Shown: positions 51,245 to 64,000 of the stretch, piece by piece | Layout of the letters: every line of letters starts with the position of its first letter | How positions within the stretch are numbered: position 1 is the stretch's first letter | Assembly: GCF_001194135.2 (NCBI RefSeq) | Contig: NC_068992.1 | Span: 10,945,300-11,009,299, forward strand | From: Octopus bimaculoides | Taxonomy: Eukaryota | Direction: 5' to 3' | DNA length: 64,000 nt | Notes under the pieces: model-generated | What the model was told of the DNA's origin: nothing | Database searches by the model: none | Seen by the model: the letters and a program-made list of their open reading frames with translations, nothing else | Translations under genes and position numbers: made by a program

Positions 51245-51878
51245 TCGGTCTCATTAGTGACTATTTTCTCGCCAAAAACACTTCAACTTCATCATTGCAA
51301 CAGTTAAGTAAGAGTTGATAGATCTCCACATGATTGCACTTATGTACCTGTCTCAGACAGACTTTACAGAAATGATGTTTGTTGTGGATGATTTCGTATG
51401 CAGAACTATGATTAATTTGCAGATGACATAACACCTCATCGATGGTCACTCATTGGTTCACCAGAACCATCTCTCTGGCTTGATGAATCTTCACATAAGT
51501 AGTGGAGGTGGATGGGCTTCCTGCTTCCTCTTCACACTTGTCCAGACATTTTTAAACTTCTTGATCTACTCATACACATTTGTACCTGGTAGAATGCTGT
51601 CCCTGTATTATAATGAAAGCCTGCAATGAATTTCAGCCCCTAACAATATTCAGACCAGAGATATCAGGTCACTGATCTGTTTTCTTCTTTGGTGCACACT
51701 GCCAGGGGAGTGCCTATGTTTACTCTAATTCAAGAAAGAAAACTGGAGTGATCAAGATCAAACCTGAGTTACATAACCATAAGAATACTACCCTTTAGCA
51801 TGCAAATGCTAAAAGCTGTTCAGTAACCTAAAGAGAGTTTCTGGTGAAAGTGCACATCATTTTCGAATACCCCTCGTA
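51245..51878 (-). mobile_element. Mariner 5' half with TIR, decayed
   Basis: TA-CGAGGGGTATTCGAAAA; PLAVCTKEENRSV..GAEIHCRLS..VYE*IKKFKN..PSTSTT..VTIDEVLCHLQINHSSAYEIIHNK..KVCLRQVHK (WVP-like)..KIVTNET. Confidence 0.9.
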
Positions 51879-52499
51879 TATAAAAACAAATTAATTAAGA
51901 TTCACAATTTTCTCATTACCATCACTTTATTATGATTCATTTAATAACAAACAACATTTCATTTTCTCTTGCTGTGAGCGGTTCATATTTTCTAGAATAT
52001 TTTTTCTTTATTACAAAACGTATAATAAGGTTGCTTGCGGGTTCATTTTTAATTCTTTCTCTCAATGTCAAGTAAATATTTCAAATCATTTCCGAATCAA
52101 ATATAAAATGACACATTTTAAATGGTCAAAATTAAATTAAAGATAAGTTTACCAATGTTTATAATCTTCCTTAATTAACAGGATGCTTATATTTGGTGTC
52201 TAAGTAGAATCGGTAACAGGAATAACATTACTTGGTCACTTCAAATAACAACAGAGGTATGCTTTTGTACATTTTTTCTTGGTATTGTGTATTATTTGAA
52301 CTTCCTCTCTTCTTCCATTTTTTTTCTACTTCCCTTGGTTTTTACAGATAAAAATATTTACACTCCAATGATCCTTAAAACTGTTTTCCTTTTTCTTTTT
52401 TGCATTTATTCTGAAAAAAATATATAAATAAATAAACATGAAAAAACAGAGATAAAACCTAATTGGCATCTATTTCTACAATTGTGAGTTTTCCTGCAG

Positions 52500-52705
52500 A
52501 AGGATTTGCTGCCAACAGATTCATAGAAAAAGCCCTAAGGAGCCTTGGATTCCATAGGATATGTAGCACAAGTTGTAAGATTGCTTGCTCATATTCTATA
52601 GTGAAGCCATACGTAGATCTGTTGGCAAGTATTTTGAAAACTGCAAATGGTTCCATCAATCAAAATTCTTGCATTGAAGCTGCAACATCTTTAGAAATCC
52701 TGCAA
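52500..52705 (+). CDS. Candidate 206-nt coding exon of an unidentified gene
   Basis: gttttcctgcag| acceptor and CAA|gtaaac donor; open non-repetitive frame (E)GFAANRFIEKALRSLGFHRICSTSCKIACSYSIVKPYVDLLASILKTANGSINQNSCIEAATSLEILQ; no family recognised. Confidence 0.35.
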
Positions 52706-52866
52706 GTAAACAAGTATTTTTTTTTCAGAGTGACAGCATCATGAAAAAGCATGATGTTAAAAATTGTCAGGAACAAGAACATATCTGCATGCACAAACAC
52801 ACACACACACACACACACACAGACACATGCACACGCACGCACACACACACACACACACACACAGAG

Positions 52867-52909
<43 letters not shown>

Positions 52910-53499
52910 CATACACACACAGAAACATACACACATACAAACACATAAATACTCACAAACACACATACATACACAAATATACACACACATGTGCATACAC
53001 AAGCACAAACACATAAACGCATACGCACACACACACTGCAGAAACACACACATGCTCACACACACACGTGCACTCACACATGCACACACTTACATGCATG
53101 TACGCACACACACACGCATGCATGCACACACACATGTACATATTCACACACACACATGTACGCATACTCTATCACATCTCTCATCTTCTGATAATAATGG
53201 TTGTAAATATGTGAGGGTGGAGGCATATGGCTTCATGGCTAGGTTGTTGCGCTCATGAATATAAGACTGTGATCTCAATTCCTGGGCTGGGCAATACATT
53301 ATGCACTTGAGCAGAGCACTTCATGTCACATTGGTCCAGTCCACTCACCTAACAAAAAAGTTTGTGACCCTGCAACATGCAGATGTTCCATCCAGGAGTG
53401 GTGGTGGTGGTGGGGGTCAATATACAGACCACAGAATTTAGGCAACTGGCCTGGTGATCCTATGGCTTGGGAAGGATCCTTCATCCTTTTTGAAACGTG

Positions 53500-53909
53500 T
53501 CAGTCATGGCTGTATGGTTAAGAGTTTTATTTGTAATCCCCTTGGATCTAGGTTCAGAGCTATCACATGGCACCTTGTGCAAGTGTTTTCTATTATGGTC
53601 TCAGGTTAACCATAGATTCATAAATTGATTTGGTACATAGAAACGAAAAAGAAACAACGCGAGCTGGCAGAAACGTTAGTACGCTGGGTGAAACGCTTAG
53701 CGGTATTTCGTCTGCTGCTACGTTCTGAGTTCAAATTCCGCCAAGGTCAACTTTGCTTTTCATCCTTTTGGGGTCGATTAAATAAGTACCAGTTATGCAC
53801 TGGGGTCGATATAATTGACTTAATCTGTTTGTCCGTCCTTGTTTGTTCCTTCTATGTTTAGCCCCTTTGTGGGCAGTAAAGAAATAAGAAAATGAAAAGA
53901 AACTTGTCA

Positions 53910-53964
<55 letters not shown>

Positions 53965-54199
53965 TTGTCTGTACATCGTGCACTTATTGTAAACAAACAT
54001 CAGTACCATACAAGCAGCGTTATCTGTTTGTCGTTTTACATGAAGAATATACCTGAATTAGAAGAAACTAATATTACTTTGCTTGGAGACAGGTAAGATG
54101 CTGATGACTTGGAAAGCATCCAGCTAAAGAAAATCTGCCACAAGTTTCTTCTGACCCATACAAGCATAGAAAAGGAGACGTTAAAACGACAATGATGAC
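53500..54199 (+). mobile_element. SINE stack: B head (53500-53645), family D (53655-53890), (TG)n, family C body (53958-54199)
   Basis: Each part matches other copies in the window; the D copy is well preserved (gagctggcagaaacgttagtacgc..ttctgagttcaaattccgcc). Confidence 0.85.
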
Positions 54200-54499
54200 A
54201 TCATAATGTCAAAATATAAAACTCATAAAAGACAAGAATGGAATCGATGTTGTTACAAGGCATTTGTTTTATGATAATTGAAATAATAATCAACTACCGT
54301 TATCAAAACTAATCCATTGAAAGCGAGGATTATCTAAATGAGAAACAGCTGAAAAGCAGTGATAATACATAGATTAAGTGCTAATAAGCACAGATAAATC
54401 TTTTTGAAGTCCCATGTTCTGCAAAGCAGTAACAATGGAGAATATGGAATTGCAGATACAAGACCCACCCATGAAACTGAGTGCTAGAAGAGTTGTGTG

Positions 54500-54821
54500 C
54501 CACCCACACGTAACACCACACTTTTCACCCACTCTAACCTGAGAAATCAAACTACAACTCCTCTTCTAACTGCATCTTTCTCTTCCTCACATTCCCTCTT
54601 CATAAATTATGATTGTTTTCCAACCCTCTTTCTTGCCGTCACTGCCTGACTCACTGTATCACTGGTCCCCAAACCCCCACTACCCACACCTACTCCCTAT
54701 TTTTCTAACCAGGTTCTAAGCTCCATATTCTTGTTACTTGTGAGTATACCCCCAACACTACACCATCTCTCGTCTGCTCTCTCTTCCACTTCTGCTGTTT
54801 CCTACTCTCTCTCTCTCTCTC

Positions 54822-54887
<66 letters not shown>

Positions 54888-55215
54888 TTGGTAACTCGCT
54901 CTCTCTTTCTCTTGGTAACTCTCTCTCTCTCTCGCCTCTTGCTTTTCCTCTGACTAGGTAACCAAGTATCATCTTTACATCAGCACACTTGTTTCTGGCT
55001 GCTTTCTGTATCTCTCTCTCACTCTCGATCTGCCCCCGCCTCTCTCTCTCTCTTTCTCTCTCACTGGGTAACTATGTACCTCCTCTATAACAAAACACCT
55101 ATTTCTGCCTCTCTATTTCTCTGTTATAGTCTAACCTTTCATCATTTGATACTGGATCACCTCCTCTAATGTCCCGGCTCTTGTGGTAAGACACTGGCTT
55201 CTGTCTCTCTGTCTC
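54500..55215. repeat. Unclassified pyrimidine-rich repeat with (CT)n and short direct repeats (ctcttggtaactctctc)
   Basis: Strong C/T skew and repeated ggtaact motifs; family not identified. Confidence 0.45.
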
Positions 55216-56061
55216 TTTGTCACTCTGACACAGTTGACAGAACTGTAAAAGAAATTGAAATGGATGCCTTGCAGTGTTTGTTTTGACTTTTTACATACTG
55301 AGCTCAAATCTTGCCATGATCTACCTGGGTTGTAGACTTAATCCATCACCTGGTTTAACCCACCACCTGGCCTCTTTGGTGCCTTTATTAATGTTCCCTT
55401 CTGTTTTAAGCATTAAGCCAGGTCCCTAATTTGTGGTTACTTCCTCCACTCCCAATAGTTTGAAAACCCTGTAAAGAGTTGATGCACTGCTTTCTCTCCT
55501 AACTGAAAGATAATAAAATTAATATTGTATGGTTAACCAAGCCCTATATCTCAGCACTTTGCAAGAAGCACTGTAATTTTGTCCAACCGGAATCGTCTAA
55601 TGCCTTGCAAGAAATCAATTAAGAAAGAAATCTAATCTCTCTAAGCTGAACTGTTGTAAAGTTCTTTCCATTCATGAAAATGACAGGAAACTGAAGTAAT
55701 TAGTGTCGTTAATGTGCAAACTATAAGCATTACATATGTTCCAGAGAGGAAGGCCAATATTCACAAAAATATAATTTCTGAGGAACAAAAACAGCTCTCA
55801 CGAGACGTAGATCTGAAATTGATTAGATGGACAAAGCACTGACAGAGAAAGACACCACTTAATAATGTCAGCCATAGATAATAAATAAGACGCCCTCTTC
55901 CACTAACAACAACAACAGCAACAACAATAACAAAAATGAGAGTGGTAAAAGAGACTTGGGTAGGGGAAAACATAAATCAGCCCTTGTGCTTTCAATAGAT
56001 CTGCAAATACACACACACACTCATGCACACACACACACACTCATGCACACACACACACACA

Positions 56062-56120
56062 CACAACAACAACAAATATAATGATGATGATGGTGATGGT
56101 GATGATAACAACAGCAACAG

Positions 56121-56151
<31 letters not shown>

Positions 56152-56212
56152 AATAATAATGATAATAATGATAATAATAATAATGCTAATAATAATAATA
56201 ATAATAATGATG

Positions 56213-56261
<49 letters not shown>

Positions 56262-56282
56262 TGATAATAATAATAACAACAC
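56062..56282. repeat. (AAT/GAT)n microsatellite
   Basis: Directly visible; explains the poly-N/I/L ORFs. Confidence 0.95.
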
Positions 56283-57444
56283 AGCTTGAGTGCATTGCAA
56301 AAATAGAAAGCCTAAACTCTGAAAGATAAGTGAAATATTGATTGAACAATTCAAGTGTTTTTGCTACTTATGTACAAGTAAATGGCTGAACCAAATAAGT
56401 TCTTTAATACTGCAGCACTGCACAAATAATTGGCAGCCACCAATTACACTGACACTAACGAAGAAAATTTAATAAATACTGTGGATTAAAATGAGACTAA
56501 ACTAAACATCGGGCTTTGATGGTTTCCAGAAAATTCTTATATAATTATAACAAAAGGCTTTGAACATACCACTTCAGACACTTTTGTAGAAATCTCTCAG
56601 ATGTGATAAACTCCCAGAGCAAGATGAAAGAAGGTACAATGTAGTTTACCCCTAAAGGAAAAGGCAGAGCAAATGTTAAATTTTACAGGTCTCTCTCTCT
56701 CTTCTTCTCTCTCTCTCTCATTCTTTCTCTGACTTAACACATCAGTAAATTCAAGGAATTAATTATTACAGAGAAACTGATTGTGTTCTAAGATGGGAAT
56801 GACTTGTTTAGTGATGACTAGCATGATACCTATCCAGGATGCAAATGACTCACCCTCCACACACCACGACCACAGGATTCTAGTAAGGTTTTATAATAGC
56901 TCAGTCATTCACAACCGCAATGTTCTGGTATGGTTTTATTAAAGCTCAGTCATTGGAAAACTGTGGCCCATGGGACTTTTCTAAATGGAATAATTAATGA
57001 AAAACTGTCTTGAATTTTCTTAATAATTAATCCTCCCTGATGATGAAACATATTTCATATGGCCCACTTTTCAGAAAAGTTTGCCCGTGTTCCTAACAGC
57101 TGCTCAAATAACACATTTGAAAGAAATTTCTGGAAGCTATCTGAGTCTAGTGCTCAGTTTAGACTCATTTCCTCCTTAGTATAAATTCAAGTTTGTGAAA
57201 CATATTCAGAATGATACGTAATCTTGTTAAATTAAGAAAACTAGGAGAATTATTGTATGATATTTTTGAAATGAACCTCAGGCAGTTACAGCTAATGGTT
57301 CCCTTTCATATCATTCAATAATTTACAGCATTGTGCTTTAGAAAACCATTTTGGTAAACTTAATAAATCATACACGTTACCGGCAATATTGAATACTCTA
57401 TCCTGCATACATTATATATATATGCATGTATGTATGTTTGTATG

Positions 57445-57516
<72 letters not shown>

Positions 57517-57995
57517 CATGAATATACATGTGTGCATACATACATGCATATGTTTGTATACATACATAGGCTCCCATGCAAATGTTTATTTAAACATACA
57601 TGCATATATACATGTAGGTATACACACACACACAGGTGGTTACAATGATGCACCAGCTTTATGAGTCAAACAGTCTCTACCAGAACAGACATCATGCCAA
57701 GCAGCAGCAGCAGCAGCTACACCACCACCACCATTTACTAAGTCATGCCCCATTTCAGAACTCAATCACCCAATCATCCCAATAATTGATTACATGACCT
57801 TGACGATGTTTGAAATCAAAGCAATAGGCTTATATATTTTAGCCTCTACTCTGCTTTTTTCTTATGGATAGAATATATTATGCATTATATTGGCATTTTC
57901 TTTTCTAAGCTTTTCACTTCTAAGGGAACCCAGGGATACAACTGAGGTTGTTCAGTTATGGCCTTTAAGCATGGTTTTTGAATAACGTTTTGCAG

Positions 57996-58081
57996 GAAAC
58001 TAGAAGGATCTCTGTCAATCTGATTCCTGATTGCCAATTTTTTATGCTAAATTTCTGTTTTGAAGAACTTGCTTTGTTCAG
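57996..58081 (+). other. Candidate 86-nt exon (ETRRISVNLIPDCQFFMLNFCFEELALF)
   Basis: ttttgcag|G acceptor, CAG|gtattt donor, open frame. Confidence 0.15.
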
Positions 58082-60547
58082 GTATTTGCCTGTTGAAATG
58101 TCCAACCAAAATTCCATTTACCTTTTGAGAACATTCTATACAAGGTCTTTTATTTCTTTTCTTTTTTTTTCTTTTCAATGCTCTGAAGCTGTGTTCTATG
58201 TTCGCAAATTTATAGAAAACATAAGGGCTGATTAATATGTTTTAACTAATCTGAGTTATGTTTACTGCTCCCTCATATTTGTAGGATCATTATATTTTTG
58301 TCTTATTTCTTTATAAGGTTTAATTTTAATTAGGGATATTAATTAATTTAGAACTTTCAGCTCTTCATAATTTATCACTTCTCAAGGATTATATCCTTCA
58401 TGAGCATTGGAATATATTCACTGCCTAAAGCTTGCATTCTTGAAAATATTTGCTGCATATGGATTGCATTTTCTTTTGGATTTTGAAAATGCTAAGCCAT
58501 CTCAACTTACAATGGATTTTCATTAATCTTTCGGATAATTAAACTTGGACAGATTTGCAACACTGCTTGCAATACATTATGCCATATTTGGCAATCTCAG
58601 TACTACCATACTTGATAAATAAAGCACCTACCACATTTGATAAATTGGTTGGCACCATGAAGGGAAGAACCCAGCCAAAGAAGCCTTGTCAAAGCAGGCA
58701 CCAAAGCCCATTGTAGTCTGCTGGCTTGTTGGATGCAGTTAAACCATCCATTAAATGATAATGAGGAGGAGGATGGCGATGGTGGTGGCAGTAGTGTAGC
58801 AGTGGTGATAGGTGTGATGATGATGATGATTGGGTGCCCCCCCCTACACACACACACACATAAGAGAAGATTGTAGGAGTCAGTTCCATATCCTGGATGA
58901 GGTGTACATTATTTACTAAGCAGGAATCTAAAGTATTGTAACCTTTGGTTGGCAACAGACTATTTAATTTCATTTTGTTTTCTTTTTGTTACACCCAGAC
59001 AGCATGTTGCTGATCTCAAGCAGTGATGTGGCTTGTCTTGACCCAAGTGGCTTGCTCTCTGAGCATTTAATGTTGAGAAAATTAAATTCTTTCAAAAAGA
59101 ATAGACTTACATAACGATTCACTTTATTTAATATCAAAGTTTCATGTTTTTAAGGTTTAACAAGAATCCTGACCATGATTGAGGTGGGTGACATATTTTC
59201 AATATGACAATGTTGGGTTGCAACATAATTAAGGGTGTGTAACTGAGTGAGTCACTAATGTAAGTTAGAAGGAATGTCTCCTGTATGTAATGTGTTCGAA
59301 TTGTAACATAATGTGTGTAGTTAACATTTGTTTTAAAGACCGTTCATAGAAAGACTCAATTTCCAGTGATTTCTTAAAGAGGCATGAATAAAGGATATTC
59401 AGAATGCAAGTTTATAAAAGAAAGACATTGAAATTTATTCAGTAGTGTAATGAGTGCTAGCGAGTGGTAACAAGGATTAAACTTGCATATGAATGGGAAC
59501 CAAATATATGTGTATGCAAGACAGGAAAAATCACATGGCTTGCTATATACACTGAGGTTTATATGAAGCAGAATGGAAGCTGATATTAATCAAATGAGTT
59601 GCATGTAGTTTGGTGGTGAACACAGAAAATGAGACATGTTGAAGAAAGTGATGTTGCTTCTATGCTGTCAAATCTGCAACTGGTCTGAACCTGCCACTTC
59701 TGTATTGTAGTGAGTTCCTCCAACTAAGTTAGATCACTACTGTTTTATTCATACACCTCCAGTTCTGATTGGCTGGAATCTTCCACAGCACAACTGAACT
59801 ATGTCACAACAACAAAATAGATCTTTCCTGTCTTGCTGCAGGTGTAACATCATCAGAACTGTTCATGGCAAGTTTAACATTACTTATTTCTTTCTTATCA
59901 GTATGAAAGATTATGTACTAATATACGAGGTGGCACTGGGCTTTTGCTAATTGATTTTGGTACCCATGTAGTCACAAGTAAACATAATCCTCCTTTCAGT
60001 ACCCCGCCCCACCTTCATCTATTGGAATGTCTTGGATGTGGTCGTTGGAAAGGAAAGGGGTTTATACCGGCATTTGGCAAGTACTCATTACAGTTGATGA
60101 GATTCTGGAAACAGGAAATGGAATGTCTTGTTTGAGGACAAACATGTTGCTCAGGAACTGAACCCACAATCTTATGTTCATGGACGGAACACCCTAACTG
60201 TTAGGACCAACACATTCACTAATCTATAATAGTTGTGTATAATTTAACAAAGATTTGGCTATTATTGGTAGCAAATCAAGCAAACATTTAGATTACTTTT
60301 TTGGTTAGTAACAATTCTATGTTTTTGTTTAACCACTCCTACATATACACATTGAATGAACACACATATATGCATACATGGGATACATATATGCACGCAT
60401 ACATACACAGTACACATACGTACATACACATATACACATGCATACATAATTACATATACATATACAAACACATGCATACATACATACATACATACATACA
60501 TACATACATACATACATACATGCATACAAACACACATATGTACCTGT

Positions 60548-61790
60548 ATTTATATAGCGAAATGAAATGTTCAAGTAGACCAGACATTATTTTTAGTTGG
60601 ACATAACCATCTGTTGACAAACGACAACCAACTGATCGGATTGGCCTGAAGTGTTTTGGCTTCTAAAGTTCAACAGAACAAACACAGAAGAAAGGAAATG
60701 TGTGAGTTTACTCACATGCCTTGTTCAAACTGTATTTCATTTTATTGATTAATCTCATAAAAACTACTTATAGTTCCATATGCTACATGTGCCATAAAAA
60801 CCCATATAATTTACGCACCTGAGTAATTTACACAGGTGATTTTCAGGATAAAAATTGTTTAAAAAAGCTTCTAATCGTGTAAAATTTGCACCAAAAATTT
60901 TCAGAATTGCTGATATGGCCAGTGGGGAAAGGTTTTCAATTTAGTTGTATTTAGCATAATTTCACTCACTTACTTATGATTAGATTTTATTAAATTTTCA
61001 TTAAATAAAAATAATATCTGTCCTTGAACCCATCAGTGCCTTTCAAACTGTCAGCATGCCAACATGAATGAGGATGTTAAAAGAGGATGATGACGATGGT
61101 GCTAAGGCCTGGTTTGAAGAAGATTTGCCTGCTATCTTTAGCAGGTTGTGCAATGTATCAGCAGATTTGTTAAAATGCTGGACAAAATGCTTTACAGCAT
61201 ATAACTAGAGCTCTTTATATTCTAAGTTCAAATACCACTAAGCTCAGATTTGCCCTTTATTCATCAAGGACTTGTAATAAGGTAGGAGACAATTTCTGGG
61301 ATGAATTCTTAAGATGAATTCCTAAGATGGAAATGGAATTGTAATAGAAGACTAGAAGACACAATCATACACATAGTCTCTCTAATCATCTCATTCATAC
61401 TTTCATCATGTCGTTTGTGGCAAAGGAACACATAAATATTCGAGTATCTCATGCTTATGTTTTCGCTGACAGCATTGATATTGATGTCATTGTTCTAAGC
61501 AACTAGCTTTGTGGTTGAAGAACATACTGACATACTTGAAGATACATTCAACATATGGAACTATAAGTAGATTTTACGAGGTTAATCAATAAAATGAAAT
61601 ACAGTTTGAACAAGGCATGTGAGTAAACTCACACATTTCCTTTCTTCTGTGTTTGTCCTGTAGAACTTTAGAAGCCAAAACACTTCAGGGCATTTCCGAT
61701 CAGTTGGTTGTCGTTTGTCAACAGATGGTTATGTCCAACTAAAAATTTTCTGTCTTGTCTACTTGAACATTTCATTTCGCTATATAAATA
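60548..61790. repeat. Long inverted repeat: ~235-bp arms (60548-60782 / 61552-61790), ~770-bp spacer
   Basis: Arms align in reverse complement with few mismatches (roughly 90% by eye). Confidence 0.92.
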
Positions 61791-61950
61791 TATACTGTGT
61801 ATGGATACAGGTGCATATGTGTGTGTGTGTATGTATGTATGTATGTATTTATGTATGTATGCATGTATGTGCGTATGTACATATGCATGTGTTTGTGCAT
61901 GTATATGTGAGTATGTATGCCTGTGTATCTGTGTATGTATACATATATAT

Positions 61951-62010
<60 letters not shown>

Positions 62011-62176
62011 GTGTGTGTGTGTATATGTATATATATGTAGGAAGGGCATCTAGCAGTAGAAACATTGCCAGATCAGATTGGAGCTGGGTGCAGTCCACTG
62101 GCTTACCAGACCTCAGTCAAACCGTCCAACCCATGCCTGCATGGAAAGCAGACGTTCAATGATGATGACGATGATG

Positions 62177-62218
<42 letters not shown>

Positions 62219-63369
62219 GTACGTATATATGCATATACTCACATATTATTTGTATTATTATATGATCGAACACACACGTCATCTTTGCAAGTAAGTTTTA
62301 ACTTTATATTTCTGACGTGATTCTATCTATCTTTGTATCCTTCTCCCCAGCTCGTTCTTCCTTCTGTTGTTCTCTGCCTCTCTCCTTCACTACTATATCT
62401 CTCTCTTCTTCCCTGTCTCTCATTGCTCACCTATATTCTACTTCTCCCCCCCTTTTTCTCCCTCTACCACTCTTTCTCTTTACCCCTCGCTGGTCATATG
62501 TGTCCGGCTGGTCATATGTGTGCTTGTCTATCTGTGTGTGTCTGTGTCTATGTCTGTGCATGTATATATATATGTAGGTAAGTCTAATGTTATCACATTG
62601 ATATATGTTTTTCTACATGTATGCATGTATGTATGAATGTATGTATGAATGTAGATGTATATATGCATCTCAATAAATACACATATGTATAGATACTTGC
62701 ATGCATACATGTATATGTAAAGAAGATCATGCAAACCATTCTTACACCCCTGTTCCAATTCTCTCTTCTATGTTTGCCTGAGAAGCAAATATTCTTTCCA
62801 ACGCAACAAGATGCCACTTGTCACAGTCATTTGTCATTTGTTTTGTGAGGTAACTACCTCGATGTCACTTTCCATCACTCCATCCCATCTCTTTCTAAGT
62901 CTTCCTCTTTCATAATTACTATTCACCTTGAAGGTTTTATGAAGCTGTTATCACATACATGCATCATGTGCCTGAAGCAGTACTGACATTACACATCCAA
63001 CAAAGCATGGTTGCTTTGTTTCTTTCTCACTTTCAAAAGTCCTCTGCATTCAGGGCCCATGTTTCACTACCATGGAGTGACATACATATATGCACACATA
63101 GGTACATACATAAATTTATATATACATCAACACACACGCACACACACGCACACATTTTGGCGTTAGGAAGGACATCCAAATGAAGAAACCAGGCCAAAGC
63201 AAACTATTGAGCTTGGTGCAGTCTTCTGACCTGCCAGTTCCTGTCAAAGCCATCTAACCCATGCCAGCATGGAAAACAGACGTTAAATGATGATGATGGC
63301 ATGATAATGATGATGATGGTGGTGGTGGTGGTGGCGGTGATGGTTTTGGTGACGATGATGATGATGATA

Positions 63370-63745
63370 TATCATTGTTTAACATCTTCATTCACGCACA
63401 GGTCATGAAAACTTTTATTGAGGTGGATTCTCAATAGCTGGATACTTTTCCTGCTGCCAAGCCTCATCTGTTTCCAAGTAAGGTAATATTTGTCCCATGA
63501 CCAATGACCAGACATATTTTACAAGGAAGATTTGGAATGAAGGACTCTGTTTGTGTGACAGAGCCATTCATTGCCAAATATGCAATGCCAAGGCAGGGAG
63601 ACAATAACGCGCGCGCGCGCACACACACACATGCATACATACATACTTTCATTGGCTTGGAACTATAAGTAGAAGACACTGGCTCAAAATTGAACCCAGA
63701 ACCATGCAGTTGGGAAACAAACTTCTAACCACATAACCATGCCTA
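63370..63745 (-). mobile_element. Composite SINE: family B head + (TG/CG)n + family C body
   Basis: Minus strand ggcatggttatgtggttagaag..ttctgggttcaa..gtgtcttctac, then microsatellite, then ttaccttacttggaaacag..gatgttaaacaatgat. Confidence 0.65.
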
Positions 63746-63765
63746 TATTGACTGAGAAAACACAG

Positions 63766-63787
63766 ACAGACAGATAGACAGAGAAAC

Positions 63788-63851
<64 letters not shown>

Positions 63852-63942
63852 GGTGAGATAAACAGTTGATAGATAGATAGATAGATAGATAGATGTGTGG
63901 ACAGACAGACAGACAGACAGACAGATAGATAGATAGATAGAT
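63766..63942. repeat. (GATA/GACA)n tetranucleotide microsatellite
   Basis: Directly visible. Confidence 0.95.
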
Positions 63943-64000
63943 ACATTTCTTTTATTAGCCACACAGGGCTCAACGAAGATGGGACAAATACAATGTAGAG

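Noticed and set aside
54101-54120. CTGATGA-CTTG-GAAA
   Set aside because: A mutated family C SINE motif; the spacer cannot form stem II
57037-57050. CTGATGA-T-GAAAC
   Set aside because: No stem II
59818-59856. Minus-strand CTGATGA...GAA-AGATCT-A with a palindromic 6-mer
   Set aside because: Stem II is out of register and stem I is mismatched at the junction; compatible with chance
1-64000. CRISPR array, rRNA or prokaryotic operon
   Set aside because: No regular repeat-spacer array, rRNA-like segment or dense ORF packing is visible

Overview
AT-rich eukaryotic DNA dense in microsatellites, with nine N-gaps, most of them next to (TA)n or (CA)n tracts. The SINE repertoire and gap pattern suggest an octopus (coleoid cephalopod) draft assembly; this is inferred, not shown by the sequence. 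No intact host gene, rRNA, true tRNA gene or CRISPR array can be supported, and most ORFs in the supplied track are translated microsatellites or gaps. The window is mainly a transposon graveyard. It holds six or so SINE families (labelled A-F here), an RTE LINE 3' end, two R4/Dong-like restriction-endonuclease LINE ends sitting in (TAA)n tracts, and two Penelope-like (PLE) fragments (RT; GIY-YIG). It also holds four mariner pieces, one Tc1, one Tigger/pogo, a Helitron helicase end and hAT/piggyBac-like MITEs. The most interesting signals are: minimal hammerhead-ribozyme-like motifs with palindromic stem III, two of them beside PLE fragments; a 235-bp-arm inverted repeat; AT-rich palindromes; SINE head/tail module swapping at an internal microsatellite; and several unassigned candidate exons. 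All translations were done by eye and many boundaries are approximate.
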